NCBI RefSeq assembly: GCF_006345805.1
Contig: NC_043003.1
Span: forward strand, 75,702,001 to 75,766,000
DNA from: Octopus sinensis
Lineage: Eukaryota
Direction of reading: 5' to 3'
Length of the DNA stretch: 64,000 nt
Shown: positions 1-13,579 of the stretch, piece after piece
How the letters are laid out: every line of letters starts with the position of its first letter
Position numbering within the stretch: position 1 is the first letter of the stretch
Translations under genes and position numbers: made by a program
Notes under the pieces: model-generated
What the model was told of the DNA's origin: nothing
Seen by the model: the letters and a program-made list of their open reading frames with translations, nothing else
Databases searched by the model: none

Positions 1-62
<62 letters not shown>
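1..62. repeat. (TA)n microsatellite
   Basis: Direct reading; one of dozens of (TA)n, (CA)n, (CT)n tracts in the window. Confidence 0.98.
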
Positions 63-66
<4 letters not shown>

Positions 67-504
67 GAACATTATTACTCATACGAGATAATAGTGGCAG
101 CAAGCATAAAAGCGTATAGGCAAAATTAATAGATATATATATAAATATATATAAAAGCAGCGCACTAAGAAATATATTAATGTTTCTTTTCATGTGAAGA
201 TATGCTAAAAACGCTTTTATATTAAACTGAAGGATTACATAATACTTTTTGCAGAGTACATATTTATTACGTTTCAACAAGAATAATATTCAGAGCGACT
301 TCGAACATTCAGCCCACTAAGCGGACCTTAAATTATCTTGGTAGGTAGAACTCTATTGCATGATCATTAGATTATAGGCTGGATTGTAAAGGAAGGGTAT
401 CATAAAAGGCTTTTTATTGATTTAATTTGAGATGTCTTATTTTAGAGAATTAAGCCATACATGTTGAACTTCGTAATTACGTGTGCCTAATTGTCTACCT
501 ATCT

Positions 505-639
<135 letters not shown>

Positions 640-1364
640 CAGTCACACGCACACAGACGCGCGCATGCACACAGATACAGGCACTCGCACTGACACGCAT
701 ATATAAACTGCAACCTTCAACTTTGGGAACTCAAGAGAAATCTTGTAAATATTCTCTGAAGTTCTATGCAGTTTTGCTATTATCTATATAGAAGCAATGA
801 TATTTCATAGCAAGTACACAGATAGCTTACAGCTTTTCATATTATGCATCGAATGAAAAGCGATGCATTTAGCGTCAAAGATCAGCTTTTATGATGATGT
901 CTTTCTATGTAAATTGGTTGCAGAATGATCTCAGAAACTTAAGATCAACTTTGAACTTACACTGTCATTACCACTCGTTTTGCATGTGTTGTACATCTTA
1001 CGATGCAGCACAATCCAGCCTTGTGACATCATCCTAATTCTTCATATAAATGCATGTAAATTAATGTGGGCATATAATCAATGATGTATTTACATTCATC
1101 ATATATTCTTACATGCATAAATGCATACAAGAACGAACATTGAAATTTGATTCGCGCATAAAAGGATGTGCTTTCTCAAACAGAGAATAATTTACACGCA
1201 ATCCCAAGACACAAAAGATTTTATACACTTCATTGATGCGAGCGGAAATTCAATCGGAAAATTCACACACACATACAAACACACACACAATCACAAACAC
1301 ACGCACACATATACTCACACACACAAACGCACACATGAACAAAAAAAAAATATATATATATACC

Positions 1365-1458
1365 TATATATATTTATATGTATATATATGTATATGTATA
1401 TATATATATATGTGTGTGTGTATATGTATATGTATATATATATATGTATATGTGTATG

Positions 1459-1499
<41 letters not shown>

Positions 1500-1575
1500 C
1501 ATATATGTGTGTGTATATATGTGTGTGTGTGTATATATGTGTATATATTACATATATATATATACATATATACAC
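1365..1575. repeat. degenerate (TA)n/(TG)n microsatellite block
   Basis: Direct reading. Confidence 0.95.
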
Positions 1576-3086
1576 ATCTGCATTTAAATTAATGCATTAT
1601 ACAATAGCTTTTACACGTATTCAGTCTTAGACTGGCTACATGTATATGCTATTATTGATACACAAATATATCTATGTGTACATGCACATACTGAAACGTG
1701 GTAATAAATATAAGCGTCTACATGTCTAGCGATAAATATGTCTGTTTGCATTTATATGTACGTAACGTATATATTTATCTGCCTAGAAGAGAGTGAGAGA
1801 AAGTGAGAAAGAGAGAGCGGTGGGGAGAGAAAGACACAATTGGAAGTAAGGTTATGAGAATTAGTGAAGCAAATTTGTAGCTTACACTAAAAACATCATT
1901 TTAGAAATTTAGAAACGAAGTATTCTTCATCTCTCTCGTTAATTTTCGTGGAAATTTTATGTAGTAATAAACACAACTTACATACTTATTTAAATAAATC
2001 GTTTTAATTTTTCTCAACTGCAGTAACACTTTGCTACAACTTAAATCGGGCAATTTACACTTAACTGTTTTGCCCATGTGTTCAGAATTACAATGAGGAT
2101 ATGAAACTGCATCCCAAATCCTTGCTTTTCAGAAGCAAATTTAACTTCAGTTGTGAACAGTTAAAAATCTTCACAAGAGTGTATTCTTCCCAAATCAAAA
2201 TCAATATTTCTGCTACAAACGCCAAAATCAGAATCACTCAACCCTTACGACAATGGCATCTCCGAGGAACCATCAGTGTACATAACAACTTCACTAAAGT
2301 CCAAACTTCACATCTCTCTTTCGTAGCGTCTTTCCTATTGTTCCCGTCTTCTATATAGCTGTGCGTCATATATTATTTCTAGATCAAATACCGCCATATG
2401 TATTCACTGGAGTATAAAGCTTATCTCACGTATAATTGTTTTCTTGTTCAAATAAAAGCTTCTTAAAATCTCTATGAATGACACTGCTAGATGTAGTAAA
2501 GAGAATTAATAAATCACATACTATTTGTTAGGAGGTTCCACTTATTTACATTACGTAGCTATGCCTCTCCCTACTCCAATATTTTAAAAACTAATTGAAA
2601 TGATTTGGTTTCAAATCCACCCGGAACCAGCGGTAAGTGATATGAAACTGTAGTTTATTTGATAATTGCTCTCTGGGGTAAAATGGCATTTATCCCACCG
2701 TACAAAATACTGCGTTGTGGACTGTCCTTGTTGCATATTTTCTATGCTGCCACCACTGAAATAGTGAATTGAGGATTTCCGTTTAACACATAGGATATCC
2801 CTTTAAATTATTTTACTTCGGATTTGAGACGTCGGACATATTCAATCTAAATGATATAACTATATAATTCATTTTGCAGGAAGGACTGCTTCGGCCGGAT
2901 CGTGTTCCGCCCTTACCTTCGAAACACGCATTGAGTCGAACCAGGGGCAGCTGATGAAGGGGAATATTCCTTGTATTGTTTGTCTTGTACTCTGTTTTTT
3001 CGTTGTCAAAAAAAAGTCCGTTTTATGTTTTCGTTTCTCGTTGTGTTCTACGTTTATTTGTGGTGTCCTGTACTCATATATATATA

Positions 3087-3135
<49 letters not shown>

Positions 3136-3200
3136 TGTATATATACATATAGATGTAGGTATGTACATATATGCATGTATGCATATATTTTATTTATTAA

Positions 3201-3252
<52 letters not shown>

Positions 3253-3618
3253 TATACTCATACATACAAAAAAGTAGATAGAGTGATAGAGAATAACGCG
3301 TAATTAATAGTTTTACATCGCTTAACACCTTTCTCTCACACATTAATATTCCAACAGAAAACAACGAATAAAAATTAAGTCTTACACTGCGAAACTACGT
3401 TTAAGCCAATGTCTTTTGGGAAGCAGCACTTGTTACTGCAAGAAATGCGTCATGAAGAACATAGATATTTCAACTAGATGAAGAAAAGTTGGTTATTATA
3501 TGCTTGTGTATATAGAGCATTGACTCTCACTCATTTTCTAAGCGGTATTACTTCTCATTTTATTAATTTTATCGAGTTAGCTGTACAACATTACTCATGT
3601 AGCATGGCTATACTTACA

Positions 3619-3676
<58 letters not shown>

Positions 3677-3696
3677 TACACAGGCGCATGTGAGTA

Positions 3697-3759
<63 letters not shown>

Positions 3760-3969
3760 GATAAGCATAACAAATGCGCAACCGGTAAAAAGAACTTTCA
3801 CCTAATTAAATTACTTAAATTACTTCAATTATTTGTCAGCATTTTCTTCATTTCCTTTTTTATATATCACCACTCGTGTTCGACATCTCCTTTTTTTAAA
3901 TATATATATATATATATATGCACACGAATACTCGGATACTTGGACAGATATACGTATACCCCCCATGTA

Positions 3970-4035
<66 letters not shown>

Positions 4036-4827
4036 GGGAAAGAAAAAGATGTGTGTGTATGCGTGCATGTATGCGTCTGTGCATTCAGCCGCTATCAAGC
4101 CTGGCGCTCTTCTTCTTCCGCGCCTGTCATTGCGGGTGGGACCTAGTTAGAATTTTCTTCATATCAAGTAACCCATTCTGCTCAAAAGGTCTCTGAATAA
4201 GGTTTGTTTAAGGATATCGAACGAAACACCGACGTTTCCTGTGGTCAATTATTCAACCCCCACCCCAGATTACTCTTTTCACATGGTTATGATGCACCTC
4301 TACAACTTCTGCTCATGAACAGCGATTCACATATCTTCAGCCATCAAGGGACGCACTCAACTGGTTAAGGTCATGCAATCGACATGCATGAGAGCAAGTG
4401 CCCAGTATTTCACAGTTGTTTGCGACTTAAAGTTTCGCAGGCGTCTAACAGAAACCCGAGTTTTTCAAGCGTTGGATTACCAAAGCGCGACAGAGAGGGA
4501 CTTGTATCAGAGTCCTCCGAAACTTTATGCAGAATAGAACGGTATCAAACTGTTTTACGTAATAAATTATAATTCATACTAAATATGTTGAATGCCCTTT
4601 TCTTTCGTTTACACACCCACTCGTACAAGCGAAGGTGGTTGAAAACCCTGCATCTAGATACGCAGAAAATTGTGTACAATTGCATATGCAACTGCCTTTA
4701 CTCTGTGCAGAGGCATCACGTGTAGGGCATCTTAACCATTAATATATGACATTTTAATATAAATAGAAATAATTTTTTATTGTTATAATTTTTATTAGTA
4801 TACGCTCCAGATAATATTACCATCTCG

Positions 4828-5424
4828 TGTGTAAGAGGTGTAAGGCATCGTATATTGAAGGAATATGACGAAAAAAAAGCGCGCTGAGAAACGGGGGGTG
4901 GGGAGTGGGCTCGGAAAATACCCACGATCAACCGTAGAGGATCCGCGCCCAAGTGGCAAAAATGGAAAAAAATATGTGTAACAGGTGTAAGGCATCGTAT
5001 ATTGAAGGAGAATGACGAAAAAAAAGCGCGCTGAGAAACGGGGGGTGGGGAGGGTGCTCGGAAAATACCCACGATCAACCGTAGAGGATCCGAGCAATAA
5101 ACCTCAACGCCCGGGGATCCTCTATGGTTGATCGTGGGTATTTTCCGAGCCCCCTCCCCACGCCCCCGTTTGTCAGCGCGTACTTTTTTCTCGATATTTG
5201 TTGTATATACATTGCATGAGAAGTATTTAGACGGTTTTGTTGCGCGCCTGCGACCGGGCGTTGAGGTTTATTGCTCGGATCCTCTACGGTTGATCGTGGG
5301 TATTTTCCGAGGCCATCCCCCCCCGTTTCTCAGCGCGCTTTTTTTTCGTCGTTTTCCTTCAATATACGATGCCTTACACCTGTTACACATATTTTTTTCC
5401 ACTTTTGCCACCTGGGCATGGATC
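4828..5424. mobile_element. foldback-like element built from ~146-bp GGATCC-delimited subrepeats in direct and inverted orientation
   Basis: Unit (aggtgtaaggcatcgtatattgaagg...ctcggaaaatacccacgatcaaccgtagaggatcc) occurs + at ~4828-4944 and ~4976-5090 and - at ~5115-5190 (partial) and ~5277-5390; outer arms 4939-5114 and 5254-5424 are near-perfect reverse complements. Confidence 0.65.
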
Positions 5425-5594
5425 TATTACCCACCTGAGGAATTTACAGCGTATGTGAGAACTACTACTACACAAAAATGTTAAATACTAATCGATGCGT
5501 TTAGCAGCAACCTGGAGCATAACTGAGAGCTGGCAGGGTATCCTCCCGGATAATATATCCTTCTAAACTCATATATATATATATATATATATAT

Positions 5595-5840
5595 AACGGA
5601 AAAGTTTACGAAAATAAACAAAAGGCCAAGGCAGGTTTACGAAAATAAACAAAAGGCGAAGGCAGGTGGAGTACAAACAAACAATTGTATTAGTATGACG
5701 CTCAGGAATAGAAATAAAACAAGTATTTTACGTTTCGAGCCTACGCTCTTCGACAGAAAGATACACAGAAAAGAAACAAGGAGAGAAAAAAGGAGAGAAA
5801 AAAAAATGCGTGCAGGAGCTAACGATTCAACATGGCGTTA
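5595..5840 (-). mobile_element. short interspersed repeat with hammerhead-like motif, possibly PLE-derived
   Basis: Flanked by (TA)n on both sides; ~30-bp internal tandem duplication (gtttacgaaaataaacaaaagg); minus strand 5726-5759 reads uuuCUGUCGAAGAGCguagGCUCGAAACGUAAAA. Confidence 0.45.
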
Positions 5841-5859
5841 TATATATATATATATATAT

Positions 5860-6075
5860 TCTTTTACTCTTTTACTTGTTTCAGTAATTTCACTGCGGGA
5901 TGCTGGAGTACCGTCTTGAAGGGTTTTAATCGAGTATATCACCGCAAGACTTATTTTTTACGCCTAGTACTTATTCTATCGGCAATTTTCCCGAATCGCT
6001 AAGTTACGTAGTCGTAAGCACACCGACGTCGGTTTTGTTTGAAGCGGTGATGAAGGGACAAACGCACACACACGT
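5860..6075 (-). mobile_element. SINE with (AAAGAGT)n tail, diverged
   Basis: ttttactcttttacttgtttcagt...ctgcgg..atgctggag..ccg..ttgaagggtttt matches the better-preserved copy at 63165-63530. Confidence 0.75.
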
Positions 6076-6196
6076 ATATATGTCAAATAAGAGAATGAGG
6101 AGGATAAACAAACATCAACCAGTAAACATTCAATTATATCAATTTATTAATTGATTAAAACGTATGTAAGTAGTCCATGAAAAGGAATGAGATCAG

Positions 6197-6246
<50 letters not shown>

Positions 6247-6310
6247 AAATTAATAATTAATGAGTGTATCGTATCTGTACACTCATCTGTTATTATACTC
6301 ATATATATAT

Positions 6311-6352
<42 letters not shown>

Positions 6353-6643
6353 TACATTTCTATTGGTTTATTCCGTTCGTCTACTGACGCATATTTGTAA
6401 TCAATAATTAGATATAATTCAATGTTTACTGGCTGATGTTTGTCGATTTTTATCCTCTCTATTTTATTTACCTTATAAATCCTGGGTGTAAATTTCTAAT
6501 TTACTCCCACCTATACCTAGTATTCAATTGCGATATTGTCATGCAATAGTAAGTACTTGGTTATAAATACGTAGGTATACATCCTGTAGTATATTGGATA
6601 TTTGATATCCTTTAGATGGTTTCTTAACTTCTAACTCATACAT

Positions 6644-6678
<35 letters not shown>

Positions 6679-6680
6679 CA

Positions 6681-6830
6681 TACGACAGGCTTCTTTCAGG
6701 CCCCGTCTACGTAATGTACACACAAGGATTTTGTTGCTCGATTGAAGACATTAACCCAAGTTTACACGCATTGGTACTAAACCCAGAACCATGTGGTTTG
6801 TTAGCATGTTTCTTACCACACATCCGCGCC
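6681..6830 (-). mobile_element. tRNA-derived SINE (family of 23136 and 63553), diverged
   Basis: acgacaggcttctttcag...aacccagaaccatgtgg...cttaccacac matches 63553-63718. Confidence 0.7.
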
Positions 6831-6832
6831 TA

Positions 6833-6887
<55 letters not shown>

Positions 6888-7498
6888 GTATGTATATATA
6901 CAAAATTTATATATATATATATGACAGACAGAGATGTTAACTCTAGATTACGTGCGACCATTGATACTAATTGTTGTTAAAAGAACTTGTTGACATACTC
7001 CTTCATCACCACAGTACCTTATGTCATGAAACACATAATTAATAGCATCAGGCTTAAGCGAGCAGCTCATATATCATTCGTCAACTGTATGTCTATGGTT
7101 GCTGGTGTTCGCGTGGCAAATGCGCTGGCGTATTTGTTTATAGGCTACCGGAAATGTCCCTCAGTAACAACAGTTAATGTAAAACTACGATAATATGCTA
7201 ATAGCATTCCCTGTTTAAAAACAAAAAAACAGCGTGGGCTTTATTCAAGAAATAGAAACTTGCATATATTTTAGTTAGCTCATGTATTTTATTTAAACGC
7301 CCAGGAAGGGAATTTGAACTACTATTTGTTAAAAATAAGTGTTATAACAATAGTAAACTTGTCTGTCATGTACTCTCACTCTCTCTCCCTTTCTATCTGT
7401 CAATATATTCCTCTGTCTCCTCTCTCTATATATATGTATGTATGTATGTATGCATATCTCCATGAATGCGTAAAGGTATGTCCTCCATCAATCTCTCT

Positions 7499-7538
<40 letters not shown>

Positions 7539-7550
7539 ATATATAAATAT

Positions 7551-7637
<87 letters not shown>

Positions 7638-7814
7638 TATTTATTCACACACACAAACGCACATATATATTGAAAGTGAGTATATACACACACTGGCACT
7701 ACATCGGTTACGACGAATGGAGTTCTAGTTGATCTCATTAACGGAAAAGACTGTTCGTGAAATTAACATGCATGTGTACCCTTAACATAGTTCGCAGGGA
7801 ATAAAGAATGTAAA

Positions 7815-7982
7815 AACGCTGGCTCTTTGAAATACTGGTTCTACTCACTTTTACTAGCTGAATGGACTGGAGCAACGTGAAATAAAGTGTTTTGTTTAGG
7901 AATACAACTCGCAGCTAGAAATCGAAATTGTGAACTTACGATCATGAGCCGAATATCCTAAACATTAACCTATACGCCTTCA
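7815..7982 (-). mobile_element. tRNA-derived SINE, diverged
   Basis: actcacttttactagctgaatggactggagcaacgtgaaataaagtg...aatcgaa...cttacgatcatgagccgaa; related copies at ~20205 and ~54800. Confidence 0.6.
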
Positions 7983-8026
7983 CACATACACTCATGCGTG
8001 TGAATATAAAATTATATCCATACATT

Positions 8027-10810
8027 CAAGGGGCCTGGAACGATGGGTACTGGAGTTCCACTTGCACCCCTGGAATTTTAGGGGGTGCAAAATCAAAATT
8101 TCCACTCCTTACATACCTTTGCCACGTACAGAAAGTAGTGTTTAAAAATTGATCTGTAAAAAGTGCTTGAAGCTAGATTTCTTCTCAAAACAAAGGACAA
8201 AAATATATACTAAAGAAAAACGATGAAGCTGGTCGTAAAATTCCCAAGGGAATTAATGACCTGTTTCTAAACAAAGCAGCGTCAACATCAAAGGTATGTG
8301 GCAACAACAACAGCAGCAGCAGCAACAAATAACGTGACCTATCTATATCTTTAAACGATTCTATCAGTTCTTTCTCAATGGTGTTGCTAAAGATTGACCA
8401 CATGGTTGAATGGATTTGACCGTTTAACCTCTGTCTAAAAATAAAAACCCTTTCAAAATTGTTTGTCAGTGAGATTTGTTCTTCCATTCAGGTTTAAGGA
8501 ACAAATTTGTTTTGTCAATAGAACAAAATTATTTATTTTCTCTTTGATATTTTAATGCTCATTGTTACATTGCTGGATGTTTTCTGGATTATCTGTCCCA
8601 TGTACGTTGGGATTTCCCCCTTTGACCAAGATCTTTCGTTGCTTATTAAGATTATTTTCCGTTTTATTCAAATTGGTTTTCAATTAACACTCACACACAC
8701 ACAAACACACACACACGCGCACACACATACACACACACACACACACACTCACACACACACAACACACACAAACACACACGCATGCGCATAATTCTTTTAT
8801 AGGATCTTTTGAACTTTCGAGATATTGGTCCAAATGAGTGAAATATGCGTTGTAGAAGAACTTTTCAAAAATAATTTTTGACAAAACGATTTCAAAGAAA
8901 GCAATTAATTATAAATGATGGCAGACCAACGCCGAAATTACCTAATTTGCGGAGTTCCAACAAGAAATATATTGGACAATTTCAGAGTAACCTATCTGAA
9001 AGAAAATAAATAATCTATTCCGATGGTCATGCTTGTTTAGGAAAAGATTAGAAAAAGCTGTTTGGATTAATAAAGGTTTCGAGGCCATGCTACAAAATAA
9101 ACATTCTGGAAGACATGAAATCTTTGATAGATCTTAAAATATTTGGGAATATTTGCATAGACTTACAATTACTTTCATCTAAAAAAAAAACCACACACAG
9201 AGTATACAACAGTGTGATAAGATGTTAGAAAATGTAAATTCATTTTACAGTATTAGATTGTTGCAGTTATTTTTTCGGTGACCATGAATTATCATTTTGG
9301 TGGTCAATTTGAATCCAAAAATGCAATAATCGTGCAAATTATAAAGAGCTTTTATATTTAATAAGTAAATATGGCTGAAAATTGGCAAGCCATCTTCATA
9401 CAGTTTCTTTTCACAGATCTCTCAAACAGAATTCAAAATGATTTCATTGATGCAGTTCAAAAAGTTATGTCGGTTCAAATAGAAAATATAGTGAAGCAGG
9501 CAAAATTAATAGCTATCCTTGTAAATGAAACATCCGATGTATCGAACTATTCACAACTGTCAACCGTTTTACATTATGTTACAAAGGGTTGTGATATTAA
9601 AAACTATTCATCGGTTTTAATGATGTTAGTTCCCGTCGTTCATAAAATGCTTTATCTGAGCATGTTCTAAATGCACTGAAACGTGGAAGGGTGCAAACCA
9701 ATTAATTGCACTTATTTATGCTGGTGCCGCTGCCATGGCAGGACAATTAAATGGGTTGCAGTCAAAAGTAAGCGAGAAATATGAATGTGCGATCTTTGTT
9801 CATTGTTGTGCTCATGTTTTAAGTTAAGTTCTTTCGCAAGCATGCTCTGCTATAAAAGAATGCAAGATATGTTTATCTTCTTTTTGTAATGAATGGTGCA
9901 TTTTTGATTGGGTGCATATTTGTACGAAATCACCTAAAAGGGATAATGCGTTAGATAACATAGTTAAAAAGATTTCCCAAAGCTACAGGAGCTACATGGA
10001 AATATTCCTCACGTCTTGTTCTTACTATAAAACAAATTAGTAATTTCATAGTCAGCCCTTTTGAAGACGTCATCAAAAATCCAGAGGCGTGGGATGAGAC
10101 CACAATAAATTTTTATATTCGATTCTTACATAATTTAAAAGTTCTTGATTTTCTTATTTTCATTAGAAGTATTTAGTGACATATTTTTTTTTATTGATGT
10201 CTTATTTAACATTCTTCAAACTAAAAGTTACGACATAGTATTCAATAAAGACCAAATAGATAAAACTATAACAATGTTCCAAAATAAACTCGATGATTTT
10301 TCAATATACTCTTTTGGGAGAAATATGGAATCGATGAAAAATCGAAATTAAAAGATTCAGTCGATAAATCTATTGATCTCCAACAACACTATAGAATGTT
10401 ATATAATAAAGTTATTGACACAATAGTCGACCATTTAAACACCCGATACTCATCCTTAGTGGAGCTTAAATTCATAAACCATTTCAATTTCAGCAAGTGA
10501 GGAATATCACAAGCAATTTCCAGTGGACGCTTTAAATTCTTTAAAATCCACTCATGGTGGATTTTTCTTGACATAATACGATTACAGAGTGAACTAAATG
10601 TTTTGTATTCTATGCAAGAGTTTAAAAAGCAAAGTGTGAGCAATGTAATGCATTACATTTACATCAATGATCTGATTGAAGCCATACCAGAACTCTTAAA
10701 TCGTTCAACCTTATTTTCACAATTCTGTCTACAACTGCTTCTAAAGTTTACCAAAGAAATACAATAGGAGAGAAAAGACTTTCAGGATTGGCTTCCATGT
10801 CAATTGAGTA
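8027..10810 (+). mobile_element. decayed hAT DNA transposon, ZMYM1-like/DUF4371 transposase pseudogene
   Basis: ORF fragment SNRIQNDFIDAVQ...AILVNETSDVSNYSQLSTVLHYV (9371-9670) matches DUF4371-type hAT transposases; later HCCAHVL-like motif near 9800 and hATC-like end EKRLSGLASMSIE near 10770-10808; left end CAAGGGGCCTGG with gcacccc/ggggtgc subterminal motifs; many frameshifts and stops; right TIR not found. Confidence 0.85.
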
Positions 10811-11053
10811 ATATTTAATTTAACAATTGATTAAAATACAACATTTTTATGACAATGTAATAAATATATTTTCCGAGAAAAATCGAATAACTGAATTAAT
10901 TTATAAATAAGGTATGTAAATAATAATTTTTTGTACATCTTTTTTAAAATTTTTAAACGCATTAAAACAGAAACCATCACGGTTATGTTACAGAAATAAT
11001 TTGGTTCTCTTAATTAAACAATATCAAAACGGAATCAGCTCAACCAATAAATA

Positions 11054-12297
11054 AGATGCTGCGTTGAAAGGTTGATAGGCTGTCTATGAAAGAATGATGC
11101 TAGAAGTTTTGCATGCGTTCATTTCCACTCTACATGTTACAAACTGCATTGCTTCCTTTCAGGTAAACTGACATCTGATTCTTCAAAGAAGATTTCAAAT
11201 GTAACTAGTAGCAACTTCTCTCGAAAATAAATAAAATTTAGCATCGTGGTGTTATCACATACCTTCAGAGAAAGGCCTTAGTCCCCAAACATGTTTATAC
11301 TGACATAGTTGCTACATTACAGGATTACGCCCCAGCTTTATCAACAGTGCAGAAGAGGGCGGCTGAAATTTGGAGGAGAAGAGAGAATCTTGAAGACAGT
11401 CCAAGGTCTGGACGTGCCACAACTGTTACCACTCAAGAAAACATTGATCGTGTTCACCACATGTTAATGGATAACAGGCGATCGACTATAAATCAAATAG
11501 CCAATATTATTAGCATATCCTGTATGAGTTGAGAATAATCTGCACAATGGACTTGGGATGACGAAGGTTCATGCTCGATGGGTGCCACATCTTCAGACAC
11601 CTCATCAAAAGTGTACCAGATTGATCACATTACGGGAATATATGACATTGTTTGAGGCAGGTACAGCTAGTTTCCTTGAAAGTTTCCTAACCTATGTTGT
11701 GTTCTGGCTTCATCGCATTGAACAGAAACAAAGATGCAATCCATGCTGTGGAAATACTCCTCTTCATCCGCTCCAAAGAAGGCAGTGTCGTTTCATTTAC
11801 AGGGAAGGTGATGGTATCTGCTTTTCGGGATGCAAAAGGTATTTTGTTTATTGACTATCTTCAAAATGATCACACTATCAGTGGAGAGTTCTATGTCAAC
11901 TGGCTAAGGCAATTACGAAAGGCTATCAAGAACAAACGCCTCGAAAAACTGAGGAAGTGGGTCTTGTTTCATAAGGACAATGCGTCATTACACTAGTCGT
12001 TAGTTTCAATGGCTGCTGTACCTGACTGATTTTGAACTAATACTAATTTGGCTCCATCTGATTCTTAACATGAAAAAACTCTTGGCTGAGCAACAGTATA
12101 GCGGTGACGATTACATCTTATATGCTGTTGATGATTCTTTTGACCAAGAGAATAGCTTCTTCACTAATATGATCTAAGTACTGCAACGCTGATGAAAGTA
12201 TGTGAACAGTGAGAGAAACTATGTTAAAAAATGAACTTCATTTGATCACATTCCATGGGAGGGTCTTGCTCAGCCTATGAACTTTTCAGCCGACCCT
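11054..12297 (+). mobile_element. full-length but decayed mariner transposon
   Basis: Fragments LEDSPRSGRATT, ARWVPHL, KVMVSAFRDAKGILFIDYL, LFHKDNA and a degenerate DLAPSD; imperfect TIRs 11054-11082 (..tgaaaggttgataggctg) and 12271-12297 (cagcctatgaacttttca..); TA at both ends; ~1.24 kb. Confidence 0.88.
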
Positions 12298-12331
12298 TAT
12301 AATAATAAAAATTATCATTATACCCGTATTT

Positions 12332-12547
12332 AAGGCGGCCAGCTAACAGATCCGTTAGCATGCCGGGCAAAATGCTTAACAGTATTTCGTCCGTCTATAC
12401 GTTCTGAGTTCAAATTCCACTGAGGCTGACTTTGCCGTGCATCATTTAGTGGTCAATAAATTAAGTATCAGTGAAATACTGGAGTCTGTGTGATCGACTA
12501 TTCCCTCCGCCCATAAATTTCAGGCCATGTGCCTATAGTAGAAAAGA
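12332..12547 (+). mobile_element. tRNA-derived SINE (ggcggcgagctggcagaa family)
   Basis: Homologous to 61963-62199 (acgttctgagttcaaattcc, gactttgcc, aaattaagta). Confidence 0.75.
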
Positions 12548-12674
12548 GGACAAAAGCTTATACCTGCATTCGTTTAAATATTTACTATGAAACATATCCA
12601 CCTATTTCGTAATAAATTTGGACCTGAGTTTGCACCACCTAACACAATTTCTTTCTCGGATCACTATATATATA

Positions 12675-12985
12675 CAGAGGCTGGACAAAATCACTTAGAA
12701 TCATAGCATCATTATTTTGAAAACTGTCAAAGCTTGTTTATTTTTATGGTTTTTGCTTTATTATTACTGTTGCTTAATATATTTTGCTAAAATTGCTGTC
12801 TCTTTTCAGATGTCAACTGAAAAAGGTAATTAATATTCATTAAAATGACAGATCAGTTGGACTTTTAAACGTGCCAAATTGTTAGAGCTCGTATGGTAGG
12901 CGCTAGCGTAACGAAAACCACCGTGTATCAAGAAGTACTGTCTTGAAAGTAATGACAGCATTTGCGAAAGAGGCAAAATCCGAGA
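12675..12985 (+). mobile_element. Tc1-like transposon 5' fragment
   Basis: TA-CAGAGGCTGGACAAAA terminus, then degenerate MTDQLDF*TCQIVRARMVGASVTKT..VSRSTVLKVMTAFAKEAK, a Tc1-type N-terminal HTH. Confidence 0.7.
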
Positions 12986-13197
12986 AATTCGAGGCCATGT
13001 GCCAACAGGTTGTGGGGTCTGATGAAACGCTGTAAAGCTAAGAGCTTTATGGACATGAAACCCAGGGTAATATTATAGACCGACCATATCTTTATATTAT
13101 ATTTGTGTGTGTATGTATCTGTTTGTACGTATATATATATATATATATATATGTATACACATGTGTATACATATTCGTAACACGCTTCCATACACAG

Positions 13198-13490
13198 ATT
13201 CTTACAAAGAGCTAAACATAGAGGGGACAAACAAGGACAGACAAATGGATTAAGTCGATTACATCGACTCCAATGAGTAACTGGTACTTAATTTATCGAC
13301 CCCGAAAGGATGAAAGGCAAAGCCGACCTCGGCGGAATTTGAACTCAGAACGTAAAGACAGACGAAATACCGCTAAGCATTTCCGCAAACAGATTCTATC
13401 TACCATATGCACTTACAAGGCATTCGTCGGCTTGGGACTGTGGTTGAAGACATGCCTAAATTGTCGTGCAATGGGATTGAACCCGAAAAG
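13198..13490 (-). mobile_element. two abutting SINE remnants of different families
   Basis: 13198-13385 is the reverse complement of the 61963 family, lacking its head; ~13390-13490 is a diverged piece of the 23136 family. Confidence 0.7.
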
Positions 13491-13546
13491 GGGTGACAGC
13501 AAAGAAGGCTATAAATACACACGCACATACAGGAGTGTGTGTGTTC

Positions 13547-13579
<33 letters not shown>

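Noticed and set aside
2865-3075. Possible permuted hammerhead (GAAAC at ~2915, CTGATGA at ~2950) in a repeat-like segment
   Set aside because: Stem I cannot be formed and stem III has only 2 bp; insufficient support from this single copy.
12790-12830. Micro-exon-like ttttcag-atgtcaactgaaaaag-gtaatt
   Set aside because: Lies within the 5' region of the Tc1-like element, not a host gene.
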